Positions 8,867 through 17,739 of a stretch of 64,000 nt of DNA are shown one piece after another. Numbering within the stretch: the first letter of the stretch is position 1; each line of letters starts with the position of its first letter. The notes under the pieces are model-generated. The model saw nothing but the letters and a program-made list of their open reading frames with translations, did not search any database and was not told the DNA's origin. A program made the position numbers and the translations under genes. The stretch is taken from assembly GCA_963764165.1 (NCBI GenBank), contig CAVXRD010000003.1, positions 512,001-576,000 on the forward strand, in the 5' to 3' direction. Source of the stretch: an uncultured Verrucomicrobiae bacterium (GTDB taxonomy: Bacteria; Verrucomicrobiota; Verrucomicrobiia; Limisphaerales; Palsa-1400).

Positions 8867-8944
8867 TGTTACTTTTTGTTACCGGAGTGTTACCTTTTTG
8901 TTACCTTGTAAGTGCCTTGCCATCAACAATGTAACCAATGTTAC
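8867..8944. promoter_or_regulatory. Helically phased TGTTAC array (putative protein-binding site)
   Basis: TGTTAC at 8867, 8877, 8888, 8899 and 8939; TGTAAC at 8930. Lies in a divergent intergenic region. Confidence 0.5.
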
Positions 8945-9135
8945 CCATTTTTGGAGATTATGTATGATTTGTGATCGGTGAACGATGCGACGTCGAACAT
9001 GCGCATTGCCGCGCCTGGCGGCAATTCGAAACGTGAGAAGCGCGCCTGCGGGCAGCCCCCTTTAACCATGCCTCGCTCCGACTCGCCCACCCTTTCCTCT
9101 TTCCTTCCCCACCCGTCTTGCATATTTACTGAGCC

Positions 9136-9627
9136 ATGCGAACGGCGATTTATCCGGGCAGCTTCGACCCACTCACCAATGGCCACTTGGACGTTGTGCA
9201 TCGCGCGGCGAAATTATTCGACCGCGTGGTGGTGGCCGTCGCCAAAAACGAATCGAAAAAGCCGCTCTTCTCGCTTAAGGAACGCCTGAAGCTCGTTCAA
9301 GTGGCCATTGGCGGCATGGCGAATGTCGAGGCGGATTCGTTTGAAGGGTTGCTGGTCGATTACGCTGAACGTCAGCAGGGCCATACAATCATCCGCGGCT
9401 TGCGCGCTGTGTCGGACTTTGAATTTGAATTTCAGCTCGCCTTGATGAATCGTAAGTTGAACGGGCGCGTTGAAACGATTTTTATGATGCCGAAAGAGAC
9501 TTACACATTCCTCAGTTCCCGGCTCGTTAAGGAAATCGCCTGCCTTGGCGGCAATGTGGAGCCTTTCGTTCCCGAGCACGTCAGGACTGCGTTGTCTGAG
9601 AAATTCGGTCTGGCGCCCAAAGCTTAA
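9136..9627 (+). CDS. coaD: Phosphopantetheine adenylyltransferase
   Basis: YPGSFDPLTNGHLD; IIRGLRAVSDFEFEFQLALMN; LSSRLVKE. Confidence 0.97.
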   Translation: MRTAIYPGSFDPLTNGHLDVVHRAAKLFDRVVVAVAKNESKKPLFSLKERLKLVQVAIGGMANVEADSFEGLLVDYAERQQGHTIIRGLRAVSDFEFEFQLALMNRKLNGRVETIFMMPKETYTFLSSRLVKEIACLGGNVEPFVPEHVRTALSEKFGLAPKA

Positions 9628-9650
9628 AGCCGCTTAACCCATTCTCCACC

Positions 9651-10130
9651 ATGCCTTTGCAAGTCAATGTCCGCCATTTGGAGACCAAGGATGTCCACCT
9701 CGAAGGTGAACTGCCTGTGGCCGAACTTGAATTGCCCGATCATGACGAGCTCGTCCATCCGCGACAACCTGTACAATACGACTTGACGGCTGAAATGATG
9801 GATAGCGCCATATTGGTGCAAGGCCGGGTCGAAGTGACCGTCGATTGCGAATGCGCCCGCTGCCTGAAGCCCTTCGAGCACGAGATCGTTTTGGAGCCGT
9901 GGGCGGCCCATGTGCCGTTGGAGGGCGAGGACAAGGCGCCGATCAAGGATGATTGCGTGGACTTGACGCCTTTCATTCGGGAAGATATTCTGCTGGAGTT
10001 GCCGCAACATCCGTTGTGCGAAGCCGGTTGCGAAGGGTTGCCTTTTCGGGCCAAACAGAATACAACAAAGGCTGCCGGTCAGAAGGAAGGTTCTTCTGCC
10101 TGGTCCGAATTGAACAAATTAAAATTTTAA
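9651..10130 (+). CDS. yceD: DUF177/YceD family protein
   Basis: CARCL, REDILLELP, LCEAGCEGL; directly upstream of rpmF. Confidence 0.9.
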   Translation: MPLQVNVRHLETKDVHLEGELPVAELELPDHDELVHPRQPVQYDLTAEMMDSAILVQGRVEVTVDCECARCLKPFEHEIVLEPWAAHVPLEGEDKAPIKDDCVDLTPFIREDILLELPQHPLCEAGCEGLPFRAKQNTTKAAGQKEGSSAWSELNKLKF

Positions 10131-10147
10131 CTTAGGAAATATATAAT

Positions 10148-10336
10148 ATGGGAGTTCCCAAACGAAAGCCGTCACACAGCCGCCAGCGGATGCGCCGCGC
10201 CTACAACAGCACCATGAAGGTGCCGCAATTGAGCACCTGCCCGCAATGCGCCGCCCCCTTCGTATCACACCGCGTTTGCCCTGCCTGCGGTTATTACAAG
10301 AATCGCCAGGTCATTACCGTTAAAGCAGCCGCTTAA
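10148..10336 (+). CDS. rpmF: 50S ribosomal protein L32
   Basis: MGVPKRKPS; CPQC...HRVCPACGYY. Confidence 0.96.
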   Translation: MGVPKRKPSHSRQRMRRAYNSTMKVPQLSTCPQCAAPFVSHRVCPACGYYKNRQVITVKAAA

Positions 10337-10384
10337 TCGTTGCCAGAAGCGCAGACTCGGTTCGTCTGACGCTCATTTTTCACT

Positions 10385-11407
10385 ATGCGCATTGTAGTGG
10401 ATGTGATGGGCAGCGATCACGGCGCGGAGACGATTATTGAGGGAACAAGAGTGGCGCTGCAATCCAGCACGACCATCTCGCAATTAATTCTCGTCGGCCG
10501 CCAGGAAGAGATAGAAGCCGCCATTCAAAAGACAGGCTTCCGGGATACGCGTGTCAAAATCGTAAACGCGACCGAGGTCCTCACCATGGAAGACAAACCC
10601 GTGGAAGGATTGCGCCGCAAGAAAGATTGCTCGATTCTGCGCGCGGTCGATCTCATCAAGGAAAACCTTGGCGACGCCCTGATTTCCCCCGGCAACACCG
10701 GAGGCATTGTCGCGGCCTCGACCATTCGCCTTCGCCAATTGCCTGGCGTGGATCGCCCGTGCATTGCCACGATCATTCCCGCGCCGAAAAATGAATTTGT
10801 CCTGCTTGATTCCGGCGCGAGCGTCGAATGCAAGCCGATGCATCTGCTCCAGTTCGCCATCATGGGCAGCATTTACTCGCGGGAAATTCTTGGTTACAAA
10901 AACCCCCGCGTCGGCATCCTCAGCAACGGCACTGAAGCTAACAAAGGCACGGAAATGACGCAGGAAGCCTCGCGGCTTTGCAAGATGGCGGATATCAATT
11001 ATATCGGATACGTTGAAGGCCACGACCTTTTCAACGACCATGTGGATGTCGTTGTCTGCGATGGGTTTATCGGCAATATCGTTCTCAAGACCCTGGAAAG
11101 TTTCGCCAAGGGAATGGCGGGCTGGGTCAAGGCCGAGGTTTCCAAGAACGCCAAACGCATGCTCGGCGGATTGCTGGCGGCCAACGCCTTCCGGACCATC
11201 AAACGGCGGATCGACCCCGATACCCGTGGCGGCGCACCCCTGCTCGGCCTCAACGGAACCATTTTCAAGGCGCACGGCTCGGCCTCTGCCCCGGCCATCA
11301 CCAGCGCCATCGGCGAATGCACCAAGGCGCTGCAGCATCGCTTGAACGAAATGATTGTCTCCGAGGTCGCCAAAGCAAACGCCCTCGTGTCCGCCGCCAA
11401 AACATGA
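10385..11407 (+). CDS. plsX: Phosphate acyltransferase PlsX
   Basis: VDVMGSD; SPGNTGG; VVCDGFIGNIVLK; GGAPLLG; KAHGS. Confidence 0.96.
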   Translation: MRIVVDVMGSDHGAETIIEGTRVALQSSTTISQLILVGRQEEIEAAIQKTGFRDTRVKIVNATEVLTMEDKPVEGLRRKKDCSILRAVDLIKENLGDALISPGNTGGIVAASTIRLRQLPGVDRPCIATIIPAPKNEFVLLDSGASVECKPMHLLQFAIMGSIYSREILGYKNPRVGILSNGTEANKGTEMTQEASRLCKMADINYIGYVEGHDLFNDHVDVVVCDGFIGNIVLKTLESFAKGMAGWVKAEVSKNAKRMLGGLLAANAFRTIKRRIDPDTRGGAPLLGLNGTIFKAHGSASAPAITSAIGECTKALQHRLNEMIVSEVAKANALVSAAKT

Positions 11408-12438
11408 AACTCCCAGCGAGAAAATTCAGAAATCCCCGGGCCCATCACAACTTCGAAGGCCGCACCTGCTCCATCATTTCGGTCGGCTCCTACGTTCCCG
11501 ACCGCATCCTGTCCAATGCCGACCTTGAGGAAATGGTCGACACCACCGACGAGTGGATTCAAACCCGCACCGGCATCAAGGAACGCCGCATCGCCGCCAC
11601 CCACCAAGCCACCTCCGACCTGGCCGCCAACGCCGCGCTCATCGCCTTGGAACGGGGCAAGATCAAGCCCGAAGAAATCGACTTGATCATCATGGCCACG
11701 ATTACGCCGGATATGCCGTTCCCGTCGACAGCATGTTTGGTGCAGGAGAAAATCGGCGCGACCAAAGCTGCGGCTTTCGATATCCAAGCCGCTTGTTCCG
11801 GGTTTATTTTCGCGCTGGAGATTGGGCAGCAATTCATCATGTCGCGCACTTATGACACGATTCTTGTCATCGGCGCCGAGAAGCTTTCATCCATCATTAA
11901 TTGGAACGACCGCAACACCTGTGTTCTATTCGGCGACGGCGCGGGCGCGGCCATTTTGCGCAACCGCCCGGATGCGCACGGATTGTTGACAGCGTGCATG
12001 GGTTCGGACGGCGGACGCGCCGGCCTGCTTTGCATGCCCGGCGGCGGCTCCAGTTTTCCTTCCACTCACGATACGGTCGCCTCGGGCTTGCACTTCCTAC
12101 GGATGGACGGAAAGGAGACTTACAAAAACGCCGTCACCGCCATGCAAGCCGCCGCCACCGAAGCCCTGCGCCGCTGCGAGTTGGACATCACCGACATCGA
12201 TTGCATCATCCCGCACCAGGCGAACCTTCGCATCATCGACGCCGTCGCCGAACGCCTGGGCGCGAAGCCATCGCAACTCTTTGTAAACCTCGACAAGCAC
12301 GGAAACACCTCCGCCGCCTCCGTCGCGATTGCGCTGGACGAAGCCGTCCAGACGAAGCGAATCCAGAGCGGCGATTTGGTGCTGATGATCGTCTTCGGAG
12401 CCGGCTTGACGTGGGGCGCCGCGATCATTGAGTGGTAA
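11404..12438 (+). CDS. fabH: 3-oxoacyl-ACP synthase III
   Basis: DIQAACSGF; LFGDGAGA; PHQAN; GNTSAAS; FGAGLTWG. ATG overlaps the plsX stop. Confidence 0.96.
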   Translation: MKLPARKFRNPRAHHNFEGRTCSIISVGSYVPDRILSNADLEEMVDTTDEWIQTRTGIKERRIAATHQATSDLAANAALIALERGKIKPEEIDLIIMATITPDMPFPSTACLVQEKIGATKAAAFDIQAACSGFIFALEIGQQFIMSRTYDTILVIGAEKLSSIINWNDRNTCVLFGDGAGAAILRNRPDAHGLLTACMGSDGGRAGLLCMPGGGSSFPSTHDTVASGLHFLRMDGKETYKNAVTAMQAAATEALRRCELDITDIDCIIPHQANLRIIDAVAERLGAKPSQLFVNLDKHGNTSAASVAIALDEAVQTKRIQSGDLVLMIVFGAGLTWGAAIIEW

Positions 12439-12467
12439 GTTTCTGAGAATTTTTGACACAAAGGAGA

Positions 12468-12496
12468 TTGACGGGTTTGTGTGGGTGTCGTAGTTT
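12468..12496 (+). promoter_or_regulatory. Sigma70-like promoter of tRNA-Asp
   Basis: TTGACG-17 nt-TAGTTT, 14 nt upstream of the tRNA. Confidence 0.55.
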
Positions 12497-12510
12497 TGGC
12501 GTTCCGAGCG

Positions 12511-12587
12511 GGGGGTGTAGCTCAATTGGTTAGAGCGCTGCCCTGTCACGGCAGAGGTTACGGGTTCGAGCCCCGCCACTCCCGCCA
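12511..12587 (+). tRNA. tRNA-Asp (GTC)
   Basis: Acceptor stem GGGGGTG/CACTCCC; D arm GCTCAATTGGTTAGAGC; anticodon arm CTGCC-CTGTCAC-GGCAG; TTCGAG loop; encoded CCA. Confidence 0.96.
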
Positions 12588-12698
12588 TCCTTCGCCCGCA
12601 GCGTAGCGGAGAGCGAAGGATGCCGCGCCGAAGCCGTCAGGCGTACGCGGGCCGGATTCGTAGCGGTGCTCATCGCCGTCAAAATCTTTTTCGTTTGC

Positions 12699-13040
12699 GT
12701 GAACATCCTATACCTTGAGAACCACGCCGTCTTTGCGGCACAAGTGACGCATTGCTTTCTCTCGTCACACCGCGTCACCATTGTTCCCAGCCTTGCTTCC
12801 GCTCGGGCAGCATTCGCTGTCGGCAGCTTTGATGTTGTTCTTTCAGACTACGATCTTGACGACGGCAAAGGCGACGATTTTGTCACTGAGTGCCGTGCCT
12901 CACACCCCAAACTGCCGATTATCGCCGTCTCGTCGCACGAAGCAGGCAACGCGGCGTTGGCAAAGGCAGGCGCATCCGCAATATGCGGCAAAATGGAATT
13001 TTATCGCATTGAGGATGTCCTTCGTCCATTCGCGATCTAA
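12699..13040 (+). CDS. Single-domain response regulator (receiver)
   Basis: 'ILYLEN', 'FDVVLSDYDL.DG.G', 'LPIIAVSS', 'AGASA.CGK'. Start uncertain (GTG 12699). Confidence 0.8.
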   Translation: MNILYLENHAVFAAQVTHCFLSSHRVTIVPSLASARAAFAVGSFDVVLSDYDLDDGKGDDFVTECRASHPKLPIIAVSSHEAGNAALAKAGASAICGKMEFYRIEDVLRPFAI

Positions 13041-13121
13041 CTCAGTCGTGTAATCAATATTCAAGTTGCCACCTTTTGTCCCGCGCTTGCTCAATTCTGT
13101 CGGTTTCAGTATATTCGAGGT

Positions 13122-13325
13122 ATGACACAAGCGGTCATGCAAATTCTTGGCAAAGTCGAGGTGCTCTCGGAAACCGATCGGCAGGAGCTTCGCCGGGCCA
13201 TCGTCGAACGTGTTCCGATGTCGGACGATTTGACGGATGACGATATCGCGGCTCTGGCATCCGCTTCTTTCCGCGCATTGGACGAAGAGGAGAACACTCC
13301 GCGTGCCTGGCTGTTGACACATTGA
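13122..13325 (+). CDS. Small hypothetical protein
   Basis: 67-aa acidic helical ORF preceded by TTGCTC-17-TATATT, with the -10 box 6 nt before the ATG. Confidence 0.6.
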   Translation: MTQAVMQILGKVEVLSETDRQELRRAIVERVPMSDDLTDDDIAALASASFRALDEEENTPRAWLLTH

Positions 13326-13335
13326 ATCCACGACT

Positions 13336-13536
13336 ATGAAAGCAACCGTGCCTGAACCTGAAATCGTGACGCGCAAGGGCAAGCCTGTCTCGGTGATCAT
13401 CCCCATCAAGGATTACGAAGAACTCTTGGAACGAGTAGAGGATGCCGAGGACGTGGCATGGCTCAAACGCGCCCGCCGCAAGCCGTTGCATTACCGTCCG
13501 CTGGAAGACTACCTTGCCGAACGCAGCGGAAAGTGA
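13336..13536 (+). CDS. Phd/YefM-like antitoxin
   Basis: 'IVTRKGKPVSVIIPIKDYEELLERVED'; immediately upstream of a RelE-like gene. Confidence 0.82.
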   Translation: MKATVPEPEIVTRKGKPVSVIIPIKDYEELLERVEDAEDVAWLKRARRKPLHYRPLEDYLAERSGK

Positions 13537-13538
13537 CC

Positions 13539-13792
13539 ATGTATCGCGTCCTACTTGAACGCGCAGCGGAAAAAGACCTTTCACGGCTCACCTCGGAAAT
13601 CACGACCGCGTGATCGCGGTAATTCGAGCCTTGGCGACAAACCCACGACCATCTGGCTGCCGCAAACTCGCCGGAAGCAAGACTGACTGGCGCATCCGCG
13701 TAGGTGATTATCGCGTCGTTTACGAGATTGCCGACCAAATTAAGGTCGTGCGTATCAGCCGCGTCCGTCATCGTCGCGAGGTATATCGCTGA
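13539..13792 (+). CDS. RelE/ParE-family toxin with a 1-nt deletion near 13600 (probably a sequence error)
   Basis: MYRVLLERAAEKDL... joins ...NPRPSGCRKLAG...WRIRVGDYRVVYEI...VRHRREVYR after one frameshift. Confidence 0.82.
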
Positions 13793-14254
13793 TCGCATGG
13801 TCACTCTCCCCTGTGATTCGCAGCGGCATCGACTATCGCAAGAATGGCGGCCTTGAGCAGAGGCGAAAGTTTATCCCATGAGTCGATTACGCGACTGAGA
13901 TCGTGGCCCCGGGCCGGAATCTTGAGAAGCTATTGGTGAGGCTGCGCCCCCTAAACCGTTGATAATCAGACTTTCGTTGCGGGTTCGAGCCCCGCCACTC
14001 CCGCCAGCCTTCGCTCGCAGCGTAGCGGAGAGCGAAGGCTGCCGCGCCGAAGCCAAAGGCGAAGGCGGGCCGCGCTGTTATCGGACCAGCGAGCTACGGC
14101 TCGGCAAGCCAGCGAATCAGAATCAAATCGCCGCCAGCAAGAGTGGATTGCATGCCTCCTCCAAGACACCATACCGTTCGCCAGAGCTTGGGCTAAGGCG
14201 GTTCCCCGCAGTCTGCCCTATCGCGCCAGCTTGCGCCAAACCGCGACAAACCGC

Positions 14255-14995
14255 TCATTGAACGATGGTGGGGATGGGTTCTGGCGTATTTCCATCGGGC
14301 TTGTATTCATTTTCGTCTACCTCGAGCAAAAATGCCATGCGATGCGATGTCGGCGCGGACTGTCGCCCGTCGAGCATCAGGAGGGTTTGGCCATAGGGAA
14401 TTTGAGCGTGCACGCCTGCGACGAAATTGGTTTGCGCCTCCCACATGATAATGACGCTGGCCGAAAGCTTCACCGTTTGCTTGTGCACGTTTGGAATTAG
14501 CTCCACGCTATAAACGACAGAATTCGTCACCACGCCCGCGTTGTCAATATAACGATCGGTCCCCGATGAATATTGGTTTTTGCAGTCAGTTAAGAGCATG
14601 TCTGGAGATTCTATGATTGGATACTTCGGAAACCCGCTGAAGGATCTATTGGGCAGGATCCAAACAGCAAAACCGTCGCTCTTTGTAAGTGGAGGTCCGA
14701 TAGACTTCTCATCGATGAGTGATGCCGTCGCCTCAGACACCTCCATATATCGCATGTGAAAAACGACTTGCCTGGCCCGGCCCGCGAGACGAGTCGTCAG
14801 AGAACGACAGACAGAGCGCAACCAGACCCATCTTGCTGGAATCAAACGTTCGAGCGCCCAGCGTTGTGATCTATCCAGTGAAACCACTGATACAATGGTC
14901 GCCGACGGCACCGCCGTCTCTTTAGAAAAGAGCAATATCCCCCCCAGCGAAACCAAAACAATCGCAATCAGCCCCTTGTGCTTTCGTGTCAACAT
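14255..14995 (-). CDS. Hypothetical protein with N-terminal membrane anchor
   Basis: 246-aa ORF with a hydrophobic N-terminus; no motif recognised. Confidence 0.55.
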   Translation of the reverse strand: MLTRKHKGLIAIVLVSLGGILLFSKETAVPSATIVSVVSLDRSQRWALERLIPARWVWLRSVCRSLTTRLAGRARQVVFHMRYMEVSEATASLIDEKSIGPPLTKSDGFAVWILPNRSFSGFPKYPIIESPDMLLTDCKNQYSSGTDRYIDNAGVVTNSVVYSVELIPNVHKQTVKLSASVIIMWEAQTNFVAGVHAQIPYGQTLLMLDGRQSAPTSHRMAFLLEVDENEYKPDGNTPEPIPTIVQ

Positions 14996-15186
14996 GATCC
15001 AGAAGTTCCCTCGCCTGTCAAAGGCTCGGCAATTGAGCTGTCGATGTCAAATACTGATTACGAACATGCGATGCGTCACCCAAGCCAGCAAATCCGAATT
15101 GGACTTTTCAGCCGAAATACGCAACGGCCCGTGATGTTCGGTCTTCACCTGATTGTTTTGCGCCATTCGATCGGAGATCCTCATTT

Positions 15187-15729
15187 GTGAAAAAATTCCA
15201 CGCAACCATCCTAGTCGTCGAGGATAATGAAAATGACCAATTCTTGATTCAACGGGCCTTTCGCAAAATCGGCGTGGCGGAGCCGATTCATATAGTCAAT
15301 GACGGGGCGGAGGCGATCGCTTACATGACCGGGGAAGGGAAATACGCTGACCGGACAAAGTTCGAATATCCGACGTTCATCATGACAGATTTGAAAATGC
15401 CTAAACAGGATGGCTTCGATGTCCTCAATCACCTCAAAAGCCATCCGCGATGGTCAGTCATTCCCACGGTAGTTTTTTCAGCTTCGTCGGACCTTGATGA
15501 CATCAAAAAAGCGTACGTGTTGGGAGCGAGTTCTTATCACGTGAAGCCGCAAAACCCGCACAAACTGTACGAGCAATTGGCTGTGCTGCACGCTTACTGG
15601 CTGACATGCGAGGTTCCGGAAGTCGATAGCACAGGCAAACAACTCCCAACGGACAGCCGGGGCAAGTTAGGCGAGAGATTCCGCAAGCTGGACCCCGCCG
15701 ACTTAGCCAACAAGATTCTGCCAAAATAA
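15187..15729 (+). CDS. Response regulator (Rcp1/CheY-like) with C-terminal tail
   Basis: ILVVEDNEND; DLKMPKQDGFDVL; IPTVVFSAS; GASSYHVKP. Confidence 0.9.
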   Translation: MKKFHATILVVEDNENDQFLIQRAFRKIGVAEPIHIVNDGAEAIAYMTGEGKYADRTKFEYPTFIMTDLKMPKQDGFDVLNHLKSHPRWSVIPTVVFSASSDLDDIKKAYVLGASSYHVKPQNPHKLYEQLAVLHAYWLTCEVPEVDSTGKQLPTDSRGKLGERFRKLDPADLANKILPK

Positions 15730-15820
15730 CGGAGGGCGTCCAGCGTTCTGAGGCTGCGCGTTTGAGGTAGGGTTTTAGCTGATTGCTCCTGGAGCGGCAG
15801 GGGTGGAGAGTGATGTCAAT

Positions 15821-17083
15821 ATGAATAACGCAATGTGGTCTAAAGCTGCGAGGATTGGAGTGTGGGGAATGGCGGGAGCGCTCTTGTCTGGATGCGCCGG
15901 GAGGGTTGAGGTGCAGGCGCCGGCCCCCCCACAGGTTTACGTGTCGCCTCCGGCAACCGTGGCAGTGCAGGCTCCGGCGGCGGTGACGGTAGCGGCTGCG
16001 GCTCCGGGAGCGTTTGTTATTACCAGCGCGGACGATTTTTATCAACCGCTCTCAGCTTATGGGCGGTGGGACGACGTTCCAGGGGTGGGACGATGCTGGT
16101 TTCCGACGCAAGCCGCCGCAGACTGGCGGCCCTACACAATGGGGCATTGGGAGAGGACGGACGCGGGTTGGTATTGGGCCAGTGACGAGCCGTTCGGCTG
16201 GGCGACCTACCATTACGGACGCTGGGATTGCCGCGCCGACGGAACCTGGTATTGGGCGGCGGATGTGCATTGGGCGCCCGCCTGGGTTTCATGGCGGAAC
16301 GGAGGCGGATATGCGGGATGGGCGCCTCTGCCACCGGCGGCGAAATTTGAGGCCGGCGTTGGGCTTCACTTTGATGTCAATTTGATTCCTGCGCGGTCTT
16401 ATTGCTTCGTTTCAGAGCAGCACTTCATGGAACCCATTCGATCGACAACGGTCATCGTGAATAACACAACCATTATCAATAAGACGGTGAATATCACCAA
16501 CGTGAAGGTTGTGAATAATACGATCATTAATGAGGGTCCCTCCACGCAACGGATCGAGCAGGCCACTGGCCACCCGGTTCAAGTTGCAAAGGTAGCAGAT
16601 CTGCGCCGGCAATCGGAAGCGCGGGTGGCGATAAAGCCCAAGCCGTTAGCGGCAGGCGAGAGGAAGGAACCGTTGGCGGCGGGTGAGAGGAAGACAGTGG
16701 ACCATTCCGTTAAACAGCCGGCCAAGGAGACGCGTCCGACCGAGAAGCCTGCGCTCGTGACGAAAGACGCACGGCCAGCAGAGAAGCAGAAGACGCTCGT
16801 GCGTCAGGATCAAGCCACCAAACCGAAGCCAGCGCCAGAGCACACAACGGAAAAAGTTCCGGCAAATCAGAAAACCGAAGTGGCCCAAACCACCGTAAAA
16901 CACCCGCCTGCTGAGAAGGTTCCCGGAAAGGACGCAGCGCCTCCCGATAAAAAGGCTCCCGATAAAAAGACTCCCGTCAAGAAGACCACGCCGCCTAAGA
17001 AAGAAGATGCCCATCCGAAGCCCGAAAAGCCTGAAGAAGATAAAAACAAAAAACCTTCCGACGAAAAAAAGCCGGACCAGTAA
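15821..17083 (+). CDS. Lipoprotein with Trp/Gly-rich (DUF6600-like) domain and Lys/Pro-rich tail
   Basis: Lipobox LLSGC; WRPY..GHW..T..GWYW.SDEPFGWATYHYGRW; WAPAWVSW; GWAPLPP. Confidence 0.82.
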   Translation: MNNAMWSKAARIGVWGMAGALLSGCAGRVEVQAPAPPQVYVSPPATVAVQAPAAVTVAAAAPGAFVITSADDFYQPLSAYGRWDDVPGVGRCWFPTQAAADWRPYTMGHWERTDAGWYWASDEPFGWATYHYGRWDCRADGTWYWAADVHWAPAWVSWRNGGGYAGWAPLPPAAKFEAGVGLHFDVNLIPARSYCFVSEQHFMEPIRSTTVIVNNTTIINKTVNITNVKVVNNTIINEGPSTQRIEQATGHPVQVAKVADLRRQSEARVAIKPKPLAAGERKEPLAAGERKTVDHSVKQPAKETRPTEKPALVTKDARPAEKQKTLVRQDQATKPKPAPEHTTEKVPANQKTEVAQTTVKHPPAEKVPGKDAAPPDKKAPDKKTPVKKTTPPKKEDAHPKPEKPEEDKNKKPSDEKKPDQ

Positions 17084-17122
17084 CAGGTTGAAACCTGGGA
17101 ATTGAAGGAATAAAATTAGGCC

Positions 17123-17356
17123 ATGTTTAGGCGTTATACTTCAAAGACCTGTTGACAGCAGCCCGTTCAAGCCCTTCCGCATCCATATCTCGACGGAAAA
17201 TCGTTCGACGTCACCAATCACGATATGGCGATGATTAAGCGCCACGCCATCGAAGTTGGGATTGATCCCGACCAAGATTCCATTGTCGGACGCACGGTCG
17301 AATGCGCTTTGCTTCATATTATTCGTGTTGAGGAGCGGGCTGCTGCAGCCGCCTAG
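17123..17356 (+). pseudogene. Frameshifted paralog of the downstream 78-aa protein
   Basis: Restoring three single-base deletions gives ...PFKPFRIHISDGKSFDVTNHDMAMIKRHAIEVG...ALLHI.., the same length as the neighbour. Confidence 0.75.
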
Positions 17357-17416
17357 CTCCCCAGGGTCCGCCCCATCAAAGATTGAAACCTGAGATGGAA
17401 TGGGTAAACTCCGAAG

Positions 17417-17653
17417 ATGATAACGGCGCTCGAACTTAGAGAACGGATGCAGGAAACGCCATTCAAACCGTTCCGCATCCACACAACGGACGGAAAAACG
17501 TACAACATTGTTAACAACGATATGATGTTCGTCAAGCGGAACGGAGTCGAAATAGCCCTGGATCTTGACAGCAATTCTGTCGCGGAACGTTTCGCCAAAG
17601 TGGCACTGCTTCACATTACGACGCTTGAAGATCTGACAACGGCGAACGCTTAA
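17417..17653 (+). CDS. Small hypothetical protein (PFxPFxIxxxDG family)
   Basis: 78-aa ORF with its own promoter; the adjacent paralog supports coding status. Confidence 0.8.
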   Translation: MITALELRERMQETPFKPFRIHTTDGKTYNIVNNDMMFVKRNGVEIALDLDSNSVAERFAKVALLHITTLEDLTTANA

Positions 17654-17739
17654 TCCAAAACCGGCCATAATTAACTGCGCGCCAAGCCCAAATTTTCGCC
17701 ATTGCGTGGCCGGTTGACCGAACCTAAAATGGCGGTCTG

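Larger units (their letters stand above)
12557..14054. mobile_element. Small integrase-less island bounded by 79-bp direct repeats that include the tRNA-Asp 3' end
   Basis: 12557-12635 recurs at 13976-14054 with few mismatches. Cargo is a receiver protein, a small ORF and a TA pair. Confidence 0.75.

Noticed and set aside
16640..16700. Short tandem duplication (PLAAGERK x2) in the Lys/Pro-rich tail
   Set aside because: This is ordinary low-complexity expansion in a disordered region.
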